From a virus, in the IMG/VR virus record IMGVR_UViG_3300009164_003814: a stretch of DNA of 64,000 bases. One strand, 5' to 3'. The position numbers and the translations under genes are program-made. The notes below the pieces were generated by a model. It saw nothing but the letters and a program-made list of their open reading frames with translations, searched no databases and was not told the origin of the DNA. Positions within the stretch are counted from its first letter, which is position 1, and each line of letters begins with the position of its first letter. This document shows positions 39,100 to 49,340 of the stretch, piece by piece.

Positions 39100-40297
39100 A
39101 TTATTCTATATGGGCCTAGAAAGTTATGAGGCCCGCTACACTCTACAACTCACAGAATGGAATCGTCGTGTATTTGATCACCGCGGCTTAGATGTAGTTT
39201 ATGTTCCAGGTACTACTATTGACAACACACAAAGTATCAGTGTAGGTCAAGTATTGGACGCACATGGGCGTAGTTTTTTTAGTATGAGCCAGATGATGAA
39301 CCTAGTTCAAATGATGCGAAATGGAGAAGTCACAAATGAAGATGTTATCTACTTTGAAGACATGTTTCAACCCGGTATTGAGAGCTTACCTTACATTCTC
39401 GATCAAGTTGATCCTGCTCAGCGTCCTCGCATTTATGTTCGTTGTCTTGCTCAAGCCATTGATCCTGACGACTTCGTTCATGTTTGGGGTATGGCGGAGT
39501 GGATGTCAACGTATGAAAAGATGGTTAACCAATTTGTAACAGGTGTACTAGCTACTAATGAAGAAATGGTTGCCCATATGCGTATTGCAGGTTGGACTGC
39601 TCCTATCTACAATATTAGTGGACTAGCGTTTGGCAAACAGGAAGTTCTAGAACGAATAGGTGGGGCGGCAAATATCAAACCGTTTGACCAGCGTAAGATG
39701 CGTGTAGGATTTGCGGCCAGATTTGATCAAGAGAAGCAACCGGACTTCTACATGGATTTGATTGAAATGTATCACAATCAAGGACGTCACAAAGATATTG
39801 AGTTTGCCATATTCCAAGGCGGCCCATTACGTAGTAATAATGAAAAATATATCAACCGTGCTCGCCAGTTAGAAGCAGAAGGTAAACTTACCATTTATGA
39901 AAACTTAAAGAAAAATGATTACTATACTCTTGTTAACGATACTCGTGTATTGTTTAATTGCGCATTACAAGACTGGGTTTCTAACACCGTCTCAGAAGCT
40001 GATACTCTGGGTTGTAATGTTCTTTATCCTGCTTACAGAAGTTTTCCCGAGACTTTTGCTGATGATCCTAATCGTTTATATGTACCTTGGAGTATCGACG
40101 ATGCATATCACAAGTTAGAAAACTTGCTACAAGCACCACATCACAACATGGGTTTAATTAGTGATTGGACCGACGGTACTATTGATCGTGTTGTGGACAT
40201 ATTAGAAGGCAACGGCGAACAATGGAATCGTGCAGGTAATCGGTATCGTGATCATGTAAGCCAAGCCAAGTATCACGTAAGAAAGATCGAAGAATGA
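39092..40297 (+). CDS. GT-B glycosyltransferase
   Basis: FAARFDQEKQP, EA..LGC..L.P..RSFPE; probable GTG start at 39092. Confidence 0.75.
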   Translation: MRKLFYMGLESYEARYTLQLTEWNRRVFDHRGLDVVYVPGTTIDNTQSISVGQVLDAHGRSFFSMSQMMNLVQMMRNGEVTNEDVIYFEDMFQPGIESLPYILDQVDPAQRPRIYVRCLAQAIDPDDFVHVWGMAEWMSTYEKMVNQFVTGVLATNEEMVAHMRIAGWTAPIYNISGLAFGKQEVLERIGGAANIKPFDQRKMRVGFAARFDQEKQPDFYMDLIEMYHNQGRHKDIEFAIFQGGPLRSNNEKYINRARQLEAEGKLTIYENLKKNDYYTLVNDTRVLFNCALQDWVSNTVSEADTLGCNVLYPAYRSFPETFADDPNRLYVPWSIDDAYHKLENLLQAPHHNMGLISDWTDGTIDRVVDILEGNGEQWNRAGNRYRDHVSQAKYHVRKIEE

Positions 40298-41244
40298 AAG
40301 TAACAGTAACCGGAGCCGCTGGATATATCGGTGGTGAAACACTACTAAAGTTAGTAGATGCCGGGCACGACGTTTTAGCTATTGATCGAGAAATGCCACC
40401 AGGCCATTTGATTCCTGTTCCGTGCCAGTGGCACACCGGTGATTTTTCTGGTGAGCTAGGCTTAGATGCCATTAAAAGATTTTGCCCAGATGCTATTATT
40501 CATTGTGCTGGTACTAGCCTTGTTGGTCCTAGTATATTAAATCCAGAAGAATACTACGACAATAATTTTGTCAAGACCAAAATTTTGCTGGATTACCTGG
40601 TCAAAAATCACGATAAACGACCTAGATTTATTTTTAGTTCCAGTGCCGCAACCTACGGTAATCCCATTATGACTCCAGTACAAGAAATTGATCCAGCTGA
40701 GCCCATTAGTCCATATGGTCAAAGCAAACTGATGATTGACTGGATGTTACAAAGCTATCAAACAGCCTACGGATTAGACTTTGTATCATTCCGTTACTTT
40801 AATGCCTGTGGTGCTGATAGCCAAGCTCGACATGGCCAGTCTCCGGGTGCTACTCATATTATTGCCCGTGTATTAGAAAGCGTTAAAAATAATACTGACT
40901 TTACCTTGTATGGTGCCAATTATCCTACCGATGACGGAACCTGTATTCGAGATTATATCCATGTAGAGGATCTTGCCGAAGCACATATTTTAGCTATTGA
41001 TTCTTCCATACCAAGTGACGTTTACAATCTTGGCACTAACGCTGGTAACAGTAATCTTGCAGTTGTACAATTGGCTTCACAGATAGTTGGCCAAGATATT
41101 CCAGTAGCACACGGACCTCAACGTAACGGTGATCCTGCTATACTTACTGCTGATGCTGGAAAATTTATGGGTACAAGTACATGGAAACCACAGTTTAATT
41201 TAGAAGACATGATCACCCACGCCTGGACCTGGTATAATAGATGA
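40294..41244 (+). CDS. galE: UDP-glucose 4-epimerase
   Basis: GAAGYIG, FSSSAATYG, YGQSK, RYFNACGA, DGTCIRDYIHV. Confidence 0.9.
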   Translation: MKVTVTGAAGYIGGETLLKLVDAGHDVLAIDREMPPGHLIPVPCQWHTGDFSGELGLDAIKRFCPDAIIHCAGTSLVGPSILNPEEYYDNNFVKTKILLDYLVKNHDKRPRFIFSSSAATYGNPIMTPVQEIDPAEPISPYGQSKLMIDWMLQSYQTAYGLDFVSFRYFNACGADSQARHGQSPGATHIIARVLESVKNNTDFTLYGANYPTDDGTCIRDYIHVEDLAEAHILAIDSSIPSDVYNLGTNAGNSNLAVVQLASQIVGQDIPVAHGPQRNGDPAILTADAGKFMGTSTWKPQFNLEDMITHAWTWYNR

Positions 41245-41831
41245 GCTTTGATAGCATATTAAAATTTGAAAAAGAATTAGCAGAATACACTGGCGCACCA
41301 TACGCTGTCATGACCGATTGTTGCACTCATGCTATTGAGTTGTGTATGCGGTATGATCAGGTAAAAGAAACTTGTTTTACACCATTTACCTATTTGTCGG
41401 TACCGATGACCATGCACAAATTAGGCATTGATTACAATTACACAGACGAAGAATACCAGACTTGGGTAGGAGAATATCCATTCTTTGGCACACGTATTTG
41501 GGATAGTGCTCGTAGATTAGAACGTGGTATGTATCGCACAGGTACATTAACTTGCGTAAGTTTTGGTCGTAGTAAACCTTTAGAAATTGGTCGTGGTGGC
41601 GCTATTCTATTGGATGATGCACAGGCATACAAAACAATGTTGGCCCAACGCTACGATGGTAGAGATCTTGGCATTCGGCCTTGGCAGGCACAAGAAGTAT
41701 TTCATGTAGGTTACCATTACAAGCCCACAACCGAAGAAGCAGAATTAGGAAGCCATTTGTTACAAATGGTTAATGAGGCTCCTAAATATGTAGAATATCC
41801 TGATTGCCGAAAGATTAAAATAATTGATTAA
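41241..41831 (+). CDS. Short DegT/DnrJ-like PLP-dependent aminotransferase
   Basis: FE..LA.Y.G, CT.A, DSA, SF...K....GG; lacks the C-terminal domain. Confidence 0.65.
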   Translation: MSFDSILKFEKELAEYTGAPYAVMTDCCTHAIELCMRYDQVKETCFTPFTYLSVPMTMHKLGIDYNYTDEEYQTWVGEYPFFGTRIWDSARRLERGMYRTGTLTCVSFGRSKPLEIGRGGAILLDDAQAYKTMLAQRYDGRDLGIRPWQAQEVFHVGYHYKPTTEEAELGSHLLQMVNEAPKYVEYPDCRKIKIID

Positions 41832-41835
41832 GCCG

Positions 41836-41864
41836 TAGACAAAAATCTAAATATCCCTTATAAT
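41836..41864 (+). promoter_or_regulatory. Sigma70-type promoter with nested late-type motif
   Basis: TAGACA-17-TATAAT; CTAAATA in the spacer. Confidence 0.7.
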
Positions 41865-41910
41865 AGTAACAAGACTGGTCATCCACGACCTTAATAACTC
41901 GGAGAAAAAA

Positions 41911-42717
41911 TTGACAACATTTACGTCAGAAGATTTAAAAAACGCAATAACTAATTCTAAATTAGTGGAAGACGCACCATACCATCCTGGATATGAAGAT
42001 GCGGTTATCGGTAATAAAGACTACAAAGAAGCTAACCTAGCGGATGCTATTCGATTTAATATGAAACGTGAAGGTAAACGCTTTTGGGCTGGCGATAACA
42101 TCAGTGACTACTTGCACGAAGGTGACAAGGAAATTCTAATCAACGAAGCAACAGAAGCTTTTGAAAAAGTATTAGATACCTTATTAATTGATCGTGAGAA
42201 CGATCCTAACTCAAAAGGCACGGCACGTCGTCTTGCTAAAATGTATTACAACGAAATTATGGGAGGTCGATATGATCCAGCACCAGATGCAACAGCTTTT
42301 CCAAATGATTCAGCGGATAGATATGAAGGTATGCTTATTGTTCGTAGCGAATTGCGTTCTATGTGCAGTCATCATCATCAACCTGTGTCTGGTGTCGCTT
42401 ACATCGGAATCATCGCTGCCAACAAACTTATTGGCTTGTCTAAATATACTAGGATCGCTCAGTGGTGTGCTCGTCGTGGCACACTTCAAGAAGAACTATG
42501 TAACGACATCGCAAGAGAAATAATGCGAGCGACCGAAAGTGAAAATGTAGGTGTGTATATCCAAGCCACACATGGTTGTTGTGAGAATCGTGGCATTATG
42601 GCACACTCAAGCCTAACACAGACCACAGTATTAAAAGGAGCTTTCAACGCAGACCCGGGAACAAAGAAAGAGTTCATGGACAATATCAAACTACAACAGG
42701 ACTTTGCACCAAGATGA
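41911..42717 (+). CDS. folE: GTP cyclohydrolase I
   Basis: T..R.AKMY, SMCSHH, IGLSK..R, QE, H.C...RG. Confidence 0.92.
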   Translation: MTTFTSEDLKNAITNSKLVEDAPYHPGYEDAVIGNKDYKEANLADAIRFNMKREGKRFWAGDNISDYLHEGDKEILINEATEAFEKVLDTLLIDRENDPNSKGTARRLAKMYYNEIMGGRYDPAPDATAFPNDSADRYEGMLIVRSELRSMCSHHHQPVSGVAYIGIIAANKLIGLSKYTRIAQWCARRGTLQEELCNDIAREIMRATESENVGVYIQATHGCCENRGIMAHSSLTQTTVLKGAFNADPGTKKEFMDNIKLQQDFAPR

Positions 42718-43142
42718 TCCAGCCCTTGAAAGATGATCTCATGGTGCAACAGCAGTTGCCGGCAGGATTAGACAATCTCCGTGGTGCTTGGCAACACATG
42801 GTGGCTGTGATCATGCTGAATCAGACCGGGCGTAAGCCTGTAAAAACCGTATTTCCTGTATTCATGGATCGCTGGTCGCATCCGCTTGAGTTACTGAAAG
42901 CCACCGAACAAGAAGTAAAAGATGTGATTTGGCCTCTGGGCATGGTCAATGTACGTTATAAAAGACTACGCAAGATGACAGAGGACTTTGTGACTTGGAA
43001 CTGTGATGATGCCACCGAATTATATGGTATTGGCAAGTACGGTTCAGACAGCTATGAAATATTTTTCAAGAACAATTATGCCGTAGAGCCTACCGACAAA
43101 GAACTAAGACGCTATTTAGAAGAAGAAGTTTTTGTATCATAA
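42714..43142 (+). CDS. MBD4-like HhH-GPD DNA glycosylase
   Basis: W..VA.IMLNQT, PLG...R, LYGIGKYGSDSY.IF, P.DKEL..Y. Confidence 0.8.
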   Translation: MIQPLKDDLMVQQQLPAGLDNLRGAWQHMVAVIMLNQTGRKPVKTVFPVFMDRWSHPLELLKATEQEVKDVIWPLGMVNVRYKRLRKMTEDFVTWNCDDATELYGIGKYGSDSYEIFFKNNYAVEPTDKELRRYLEEEVFVS

Positions 43143-43154
43143 AGGAGAAACACA

Positions 43155-43379
43155 ATGAATAATGTAAGCATATTGGCCGCAGAGGCTATTGAACGGGCAA
43201 AAAATTTACAAGAATTTGCTGTATTCCGCGACATGGAAGATATTGTGTTTTGCGGTACACCAATCCCTTATACGCTTAATCATGTTATGGGTGAACAGGT
43301 AGAAATTACAGTGCCGGCAATCAGCCAGGACGAAGCTGAACAGCGTGTAAATGATTGGTTGCGTGGGCAAAGAGCTTAA
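43155..43379 (+). CDS. Hypothetical protein
   Basis: SD aggag; 74 aa. Confidence 0.6.
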   Translation: MNNVSILAAEAIERAKNLQEFAVFRDMEDIVFCGTPIPYTLNHVMGEQVEITVPAISQDEAEQRVNDWLRGQRA

Positions 43380-43400
43380 AATTTTTTGTAAAAATCACCT

Positions 43401-43769
43401 ATGACAACATTACTAGAAGCACAGCAGGCAGGTATAGCACCTTGGAACAATCAGATAAAAGACCGTCCGCTGGTTGCAGTATATTTGGACAAGTATCCGT
43501 GTACTCCAGGACATAGATTATATGTGCCCAAGAATGATCATCCCAACTGGATTGTGCAGGCCATGGAAGAAGCCCTATCTGACGGCAATCAAATGATCAA
43601 GTCGGGCGAGTGTAACGGATTTAACATTGGATTTAATTCAGGTGTAGCAGCCGGACAAACTGTAATGTATCCACATGTTCATCTTATTCCACGCAGAACA
43701 GGCGATGTAGAAGATCCTGTGGGCGGAGTACGCAATACTATACCCGGCAAAGGTAACTATCAAAAATGA
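43401..43769 (+). CDS. HIT family hydrolase
   Basis: YP.TPGH.L.VP, N.G..AGQTV..PHVHLIPR. Confidence 0.88.
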   Translation: MTTLLEAQQAGIAPWNNQIKDRPLVAVYLDKYPCTPGHRLYVPKNDHPNWIVQAMEEALSDGNQMIKSGECNGFNIGFNSGVAAGQTVMYPHVHLIPRRTGDVEDPVGGVRNTIPGKGNYQK

Positions 43770-43924
43770 TCATTGAACTTATTGGAACATGGATAGTTAT
43801 TGGATTTTTTAGTGCAATCGGTTGGGGCACTGCTCAAAAAACCGTGGTTGAACCCTATCTCAATCCAGCAATAGATCAAGTTATGCCTCCGACAAAACCT
43901 CAATCGCCTGCTGAACAAAAATAA
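43766..43924 (+). CDS. Small membrane protein (52 aa, not in ORF track)
   Basis: MIIELIGTWIVIGFFSAIGWG...; ATGA-coupled. Confidence 0.55.
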   Translation: MIIELIGTWIVIGFFSAIGWGTAQKTVVEPYLNPAIDQVMPPTKPQSPAEQK

Positions 43925-43949
43925 ATAATTTTATTAAGAAAGAGATATT

Positions 43950-44174
43950 ATGAGCCAAAAACGCACATTTGTATTACAATTAAAAAACGATCAAGCTATT
44001 ACACTTGAATTTTCATCAATAGAAGCTACTGGTGATCGACTATGGCAGATGTTTGCTACAACCGAAGCACTTGATACTGTGCAACAGTTAATCAACACAG
44101 GTGATGTCACTCAAACCAAGTCAGCTAGAAAAACAACACCAGAAAATTCTGTAGTCGCCAAAAAGAAAAAATAA
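43950..44174 (+). CDS. Hypothetical protein
   Basis: 74 aa after ATAAATA. Confidence 0.5.
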   Translation: MSQKRTFVLQLKNDQAITLEFSSIEATGDRLWQMFATTEALDTVQQLINTGDVTQTKSARKTTPENSVVAKKKK

Positions 44175-44253
44175 TATTCATTACCGGCCTTTCGGTGTCA
44201 TCCCGGTTTATAAACTCTGCCATCTATGCTATAATCTAACATAGGAGAATACA

Positions 44254-44703
44254 ATGGCAAAATATTATTCAACAAAACATTACGGACACAACATTGGACT
44301 GAGTGCGGTATTCCGTCAACCCAATGCTGATCATAGCCACTGTCATTTGTTGCATGGTTACAGTCTAGCGTTTACATTTACATTTGGCTGTGACACATTA
44401 GACGACAAAAACTGGGCGGTAGACTTTGGCGGACTCAAACCGCTCAAGGCCTGGTTAGAAGATAGTTTTGATCACAAGCTGGCTCTGGATCAACAAGATC
44501 CACACTTGGCCAAGTTCCAAGAACTGGCGGCATTGGACCTGGCAGAGATACGTATCTTTGATGGTGTGGGTGCAGAGAAGTTTGCCGAACATGCTTTCAA
44601 CTTTGCTGATGCCCTGATTAGAGAAAAAACTAATAATCGTTGCTATTGCGTTAGGGTAGAATGTGCAGAACACGGTGCCAATAGTGCCATATATGAAGGT
44701 TAA
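44254..44703 (+). CDS. queD: 6-carboxy-5,6,7,8-tetrahydropterin synthase
   Basis: C..LHGY, VDFG.LK, FDH, E..A, V...E...NSA.Y. Confidence 0.85.
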   Translation: MAKYYSTKHYGHNIGLSAVFRQPNADHSHCHLLHGYSLAFTFTFGCDTLDDKNWAVDFGGLKPLKAWLEDSFDHKLALDQQDPHLAKFQELAALDLAEIRIFDGVGAEKFAEHAFNFADALIREKTNNRCYCVRVECAEHGANSAIYEG

Positions 44704-44729
44704 CTTTTATACACGCAATAAAGTACGCA

Positions 44730-44737
44730 TATAAATA
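44730..44737 (+). promoter_or_regulatory. T4-type late promoter TATAAATA
   Basis: Exact T4 late consensus before 44746; also at 53852 and 63928; (C/A/T)TAAATA variants at 7781, 9746, 14821, 15803, 16633, 17626, 26142, 43921, 60221, 61433. Confidence 0.65.
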
Positions 44738-44745
44738 TTTCTACA

Positions 44746-45582
44746 ATGACAAACGAATACCGAATAGCCATATTATTACCCACACGAGGTCGCACAGCAG
44801 CATTATCTCGTAGTATCCAGAGCCTAGTCACTTTAGCAGAAGATGTTGACAGTATACAAATTATGCTAGGATTTGATAATGACGATGCCGTAGGCGTTGA
44901 ATATTTTCAATCAGAACTACAACCGTGGCTAGATCAGCATCGTGTTAATTACACTGCTATGACATTTGAACCTATGGGGTATATACGTCTTAACGAATAC
45001 GTTAACACCCTAGCAAAAAATTCATCTGCAGACTGGTTGGTCTTTTGGAATGATGATGCTTTGATGGAAACTCAAGATTGGGATCGTGAGATTGCTAGCT
45101 ACACTGGAGAGTTTAAAATTTTAGCATTTAGGACCCACAACGATCATCCTTACAGCATTTTTCCTATAGTGCCGTGCGATTGGCTGACTGTGTTAGGGCA
45201 TCTCAGTCCACACCAAATATCAGACGGCTGGATCAGCCAAGTTGCCTATTGTATAGATATCATGCAACGTATACCGGTACAGGTCAAACATGACCGTGCT
45301 GATCTTACTGGAAATAATCTAGATCAAACTTATAAAAATAGACCCATGCTTGAAGGCAATCCTAGCAGTCCACATGACTTTCATCATTACACATGGGCTG
45401 CTAAAAGGGCAAAAGACTGCGACACATTAACTGCCTACATGAAATCCAAAGGTCTAGATACTGATTGGTGGGAAAACATCAAGCAAAATAAACAAGACCC
45501 TTGGGAAAAATTACGCATTAATGATGTAAACGATCAAATGCGCCAATTTAGTATCGGTCGAGATGGCAGGTTAAAAGCATGA
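44746..45582 (+). CDS. GT-A (GT2-like) glycosyltransferase
   Basis: LLPTRGR, D.DD, WNDDA. Confidence 0.7.
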   Translation: MTNEYRIAILLPTRGRTAALSRSIQSLVTLAEDVDSIQIMLGFDNDDAVGVEYFQSELQPWLDQHRVNYTAMTFEPMGYIRLNEYVNTLAKNSSADWLVFWNDDALMETQDWDREIASYTGEFKILAFRTHNDHPYSIFPIVPCDWLTVLGHLSPHQISDGWISQVAYCIDIMQRIPVQVKHDRADLTGNNLDQTYKNRPMLEGNPSSPHDFHHYTWAAKRAKDCDTLTAYMKSKGLDTDWWENIKQNKQDPWEKLRINDVNDQMRQFSIGRDGRLKA

Positions 45583-46358
45583 CAAAATCTCTAGAACAAC
45601 GTATTCGAGATTACTGGAACAACCAACCTTGCAATGTTCGCCACAGTAAAAATGCCCCGGGAAGTTTAGAATTTTTTCAAGACGTATCTGCTCGTCGATA
45701 TCGCGTTGAGCCACATATTCCAGAATTTGCTGGCTTTTATCTTTGGCAAGGTCGACAAGTATTAGAAATTGGGCCTGGCATTGGATCAGATGCAGCTGAG
45801 TTTGCTCGCAATGGCGCGGATTACTATGGTATAGACTATTCAGATGAAAGTGTTAAATTAGCACAACAAAGATTCAAAGTTGAAGAACTCGAAGGTACAT
45901 TTGTATGTGGTGACTCTAGTGATATCGAATCATACAGCACATTACCCAAGATGGACTTGGTGTATAGTTACGGAGTGATACATCATTTTCCAGCCATAGA
46001 TCGTATTATTGATAATGTGTACAATATTCTCAAGCCCGGTGGTGAATTCCGTTTTATGGTCTATGCTAAAAATTCCTGGAAACAGGCCATGATTAACAAA
46101 GGGCTAGATCAGTTTGAAGCACAAGCCGGTTGTCCCTATGCTAAAAGTTATACCAAGGATGACATCACTGACTTGCTAGGGTCAAAATTTCAACTAGAAA
46201 GACTACGGCAAGATCATTGTTTCATGTACAATGTGGACGCATACAAGCAAGGTCGTTACGAATTGGAGCCATGGTTCGAAGCCATGCCCGAGGCCATGCG
46301 CGAAGCAGTCAAAGAATATCTTGGTTGGCACCTATTAGTTAAAGCTCGACGACTGTGA
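45579..46358 (+). CDS. Class I SAM methyltransferase
   Basis: VLEIGPGIG, DLVYSYGVIHH, LKPGG. Confidence 0.85.
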   Translation: MTKSLEQRIRDYWNNQPCNVRHSKNAPGSLEFFQDVSARRYRVEPHIPEFAGFYLWQGRQVLEIGPGIGSDAAEFARNGADYYGIDYSDESVKLAQQRFKVEELEGTFVCGDSSDIESYSTLPKMDLVYSYGVIHHFPAIDRIIDNVYNILKPGGEFRFMVYAKNSWKQAMINKGLDQFEAQAGCPYAKSYTKDDITDLLGSKFQLERLRQDHCFMYNVDAYKQGRYELEPWFEAMPEAMREAVKEYLGWHLLVKARRL

Positions 46359-47305
46359 AAAAAATTGTATATGTAACTGGATGTTTAGGATTTATAGGAG
46401 TTCATGTTACCCAACAATGTTTAGAACGTGGATGGTATGTGCTTGGCATAGACAAAGGTACTTACGCCAGTAATTGGAATTTTTTAGAACAATTTAATAA
46501 AAATCCCAATTTCAAATTTATTAACTCAGACATCAATGACATTGATCGGTTGGTCGATTGCGACTATGTAATCAACACCGCTGCAGAAACACACGTGGAT
46601 AATTCAATCATGAGTTCTGACGTGTTTATTCGTAGCAACATCAACGGTGTACATCATTTATTAGAGTTGATCAAACAACAACCTTTGTACAAGGCTCCAA
46701 TATTTTTACATTTTAGCACCGACGAAGTCTACGGAGATATTGAAGCCGGAACTCATACCGAAACGGATTTACTCAAACCCAGTAATCCGTATTCGGCCTC
46801 AAAAGCGGCAGCCGATATGCTGATACTGGCCTGGGCTAGAACCTATGGTATCAAGTACGTCATAATTCGTCCAACCAACAATTACGGAATCGGACAGTAC
46901 GTAGAAAAACTCATACCCAAAAGTATTAAATATCTTGAGCTAGGCAAGCCAATCGACTTACACAACCGAGGTAACCCTATACGCACTTGGCTACACGCCG
47001 GCGATACAGCCGCAGCAGTGCTGACTATCATTGATTCAGGTTGTAAAAACGAAATATTCAACATTAGTGGTAACACTGAGTTGCCCAACTGTGAAGTAAT
47101 TAAAAAAATATTAAAATTGTATTACGGTGTCGACCATAACAGCGACTGGGAATCATTTACTATTCCTAGTGCAAGGCAAGGTCAGGATGTACGCTATGCC
47201 ATTAATGATAACAAATTAAAACTATTAGGATGGCAACCACAGGCTCAGTTTGATCAGGAACTGGCAAATGTAGTTGAATACTATCGGAATAATTTTGTAT
47301 GGTAA
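46355..47305 (+). CDS. rfbB: NDP-glucose 4,6-dehydratase (RfbB/RmlB-like)
   Basis: GCLGFIG, AAETHVD, STDEVYG, YSASK, NNYG..Q..EKLIP. Confidence 0.85.
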   Translation: MKKIVYVTGCLGFIGVHVTQQCLERGWYVLGIDKGTYASNWNFLEQFNKNPNFKFINSDINDIDRLVDCDYVINTAAETHVDNSIMSSDVFIRSNINGVHHLLELIKQQPLYKAPIFLHFSTDEVYGDIEAGTHTETDLLKPSNPYSASKAAADMLILAWARTYGIKYVIIRPTNNYGIGQYVEKLIPKSIKYLELGKPIDLHNRGNPIRTWLHAGDTAAAVLTIIDSGCKNEIFNISGNTELPNCEVIKKILKLYYGVDHNSDWESFTIPSARQGQDVRYAINDNKLKLLGWQPQAQFDQELANVVEYYRNNFVW

Positions 47306-48024
47306 AAAACTATCTTATAGGTGCAGTTAGACCGGTAACTGATAATTGGATGGATCAAGCCAGTGCTAATTTATATTCTGATTATTCAGAAATGTATCAA
47401 ATAAGTTTAGCTAGTTTTCAACACTTTGTTCAGGAACCATTTGAAACAATACTGTGGACTGACCCGGTGGCCAACAATGAAGAATATGCTCTAGCCAATT
47501 GGAAAGCCACTGTGGAACTTCGCAACAGCGGCCCGTGTAATATATTTTGGGCCGGTGCTGATACTATGATGGTACAACCTACTAGTCTTTTTTCAGATCG
47601 ATTTTCAGAATACAGATTGTTTAACTTCACTGATCCTAAAAATCATAATGAATTTCCACGCTATTTTAACGACGACCTAATGTATTACCCACACACCACC
47701 AGCGATAACGTTTGGGACCTTGGTGAACAATGGTGGAACAACATAGAGAATCATCCAAACCGCAGTTGGGGTTTTGATCAGTTAAGACACAATGCCATGT
47801 TTTGGAGCCAAGACATTCCAGAATCGGACAGACTACATCCAGAAATGGCTTATCAGGCTATAAAGTTTCGCAGTTTAGATGCTAGTGTTTTAAGGCAACA
47901 TGATCAATGGAATGGTATAAGCATCAATTCCGCACACATACTACATTTTCATGGCAGCCGAGGCAGCCAGGCAGTAATTGAAATTATGAAACAACTATCT
48001 AACCACCTTGGAATTAAAATATGA
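47299..48024 (+). CDS. Glycosyltransferase-like hypothetical protein
   Basis: GAD, FN...M, DQ, ILHFHG (GT8/nucleotide-diphospho-sugar transferase-like). Confidence 0.45.
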   Translation: MVKNYLIGAVRPVTDNWMDQASANLYSDYSEMYQISLASFQHFVQEPFETILWTDPVANNEEYALANWKATVELRNSGPCNIFWAGADTMMVQPTSLFSDRFSEYRLFNFTDPKNHNEFPRYFNDDLMYYPHTTSDNVWDLGEQWWNNIENHPNRSWGFDQLRHNAMFWSQDIPESDRLHPEMAYQAIKFRSLDASVLRQHDQWNGISINSAHILHFHGSRGSQAVIEIMKQLSNHLGIKI

Positions 48025-49340
48025 AACAAATATTGGAAGACATTAAAAAATACATTGACACTAAACACGCAGACAAGACCTGGGTAGCCGGTAAGGACTT
48101 TGTCAACTACGCAGGTCCGCATTTTGACTCGGACGAGTATGTGGCGGCTGCAGAAGCCTTGCTGAATGGCTGGCTAGTTATGGGCAACAAGAGCCTGCGT
48201 TTTGAACAAAAATTCCCCAAAGAATTTGGCAAGACTCGCGGAGTGCTAACTAACTCAGGTAGTAGTGCTAACCTGCTGATGATGACAGCAATGAAGTCCA
48301 AGCGTGGCTATAACTTTCCATCAGGCACTAAAGTATTGATGCCCATTGCAGGATTTCCAACCACACTTAATCCAACCTTACAAAATGGATTTGTGCCAGT
48401 GTTCTGCGATATTGAAATTGATACTTTAAACATTGATCTGGATCAGGCAGAACAGATATTGGCTAACGATCCTGACATTAAAATTATTACCTTTGCACAT
48501 GTGTTGGGTAACCCACCTAACATGGACAAAATAATGGAACTGGTCAATCGACACAATTTAATCTTATTAGAAGATTGTTGTGACGGGCTGGGTACTAATT
48601 ATGATGGAAAGCCATTGGGCAGTTTTGGTCTAATGGCCAGTTGCAGTTTTTATCCAGCACACCACATGACCATGGGTGAAGGTGGTTTTGTAGCCATGAA
48701 TGATCCACAGCAAGAAATCATTGTGCGTAGTCTACGTGAATGGGGACGTGGCTGTTATTGTGTGGGGCCCGAGGCCAACAAGTTAAAATGTGGTACTTGT
48801 GGCAAGCGATTCAATGAGTGGATTCCCGAAATGCCAGATCAGATTTTTGATCACAAGTATGTGTATGACGAAATTGGGTATAACTTAAAACCCATCGAAC
48901 TACAAGCGGCCATGGGACTTGAGCAACTTAAAAAATTGCCAGAAATACATGCTTTGCGCCAACGCAATTACAATCTATTGTTTGCTATCTACGAAAAGTA
49001 CGAAGAGTTTTTCCACTTGCCACGTGCTAGAGACAAAGCCGATGTTAGTTGGTTTGCGTTTCCATTGACCATACGTGCGGATGCTCCGTTCTCCCGAATG
49101 GACATTGTTGACTATCTTGAAGAGAACTTGATACAGACACGCCCGTACTTTGCTGGTAATATCATGTTGCAACCTGCATATAGTCATTTAATGAATCCTG
49201 AAGATGCACGTGACAACTATCCAGTGGCCACATTTACAATGAAGAACACTTACTTCCATGGCTGTAGCCCAGTTATCACGCCTGAACAGATTGCCTACAT
49301 CGGAGAGAAGGTTGATGGATTTATGAGTTTATATCTATGA
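48021..49340 (+). CDS. rfbH: NDP-4-keto-6-deoxyglucose 3-dehydratase (RfbH/DdhC)
   Basis: NSGSSANL, EDCCD.LG, SFYPAHH.TMGEGG (His replaces Lys), WGRGCYC...C.C, DHKY. Confidence 0.9.
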   Translation: MKQILEDIKKYIDTKHADKTWVAGKDFVNYAGPHFDSDEYVAAAEALLNGWLVMGNKSLRFEQKFPKEFGKTRGVLTNSGSSANLLMMTAMKSKRGYNFPSGTKVLMPIAGFPTTLNPTLQNGFVPVFCDIEIDTLNIDLDQAEQILANDPDIKIITFAHVLGNPPNMDKIMELVNRHNLILLEDCCDGLGTNYDGKPLGSFGLMASCSFYPAHHMTMGEGGFVAMNDPQQEIIVRSLREWGRGCYCVGPEANKLKCGTCGKRFNEWIPEMPDQIFDHKYVYDEIGYNLKPIELQAAMGLEQLKKLPEIHALRQRNYNLLFAIYEKYEEFFHLPRARDKADVSWFAFPLTIRADAPFSRMDIVDYLEENLIQTRPYFAGNIMLQPAYSHLMNPEDARDNYPVATFTMKNTYFHGCSPVITPEQIAYIGEKVDGFMSLYL

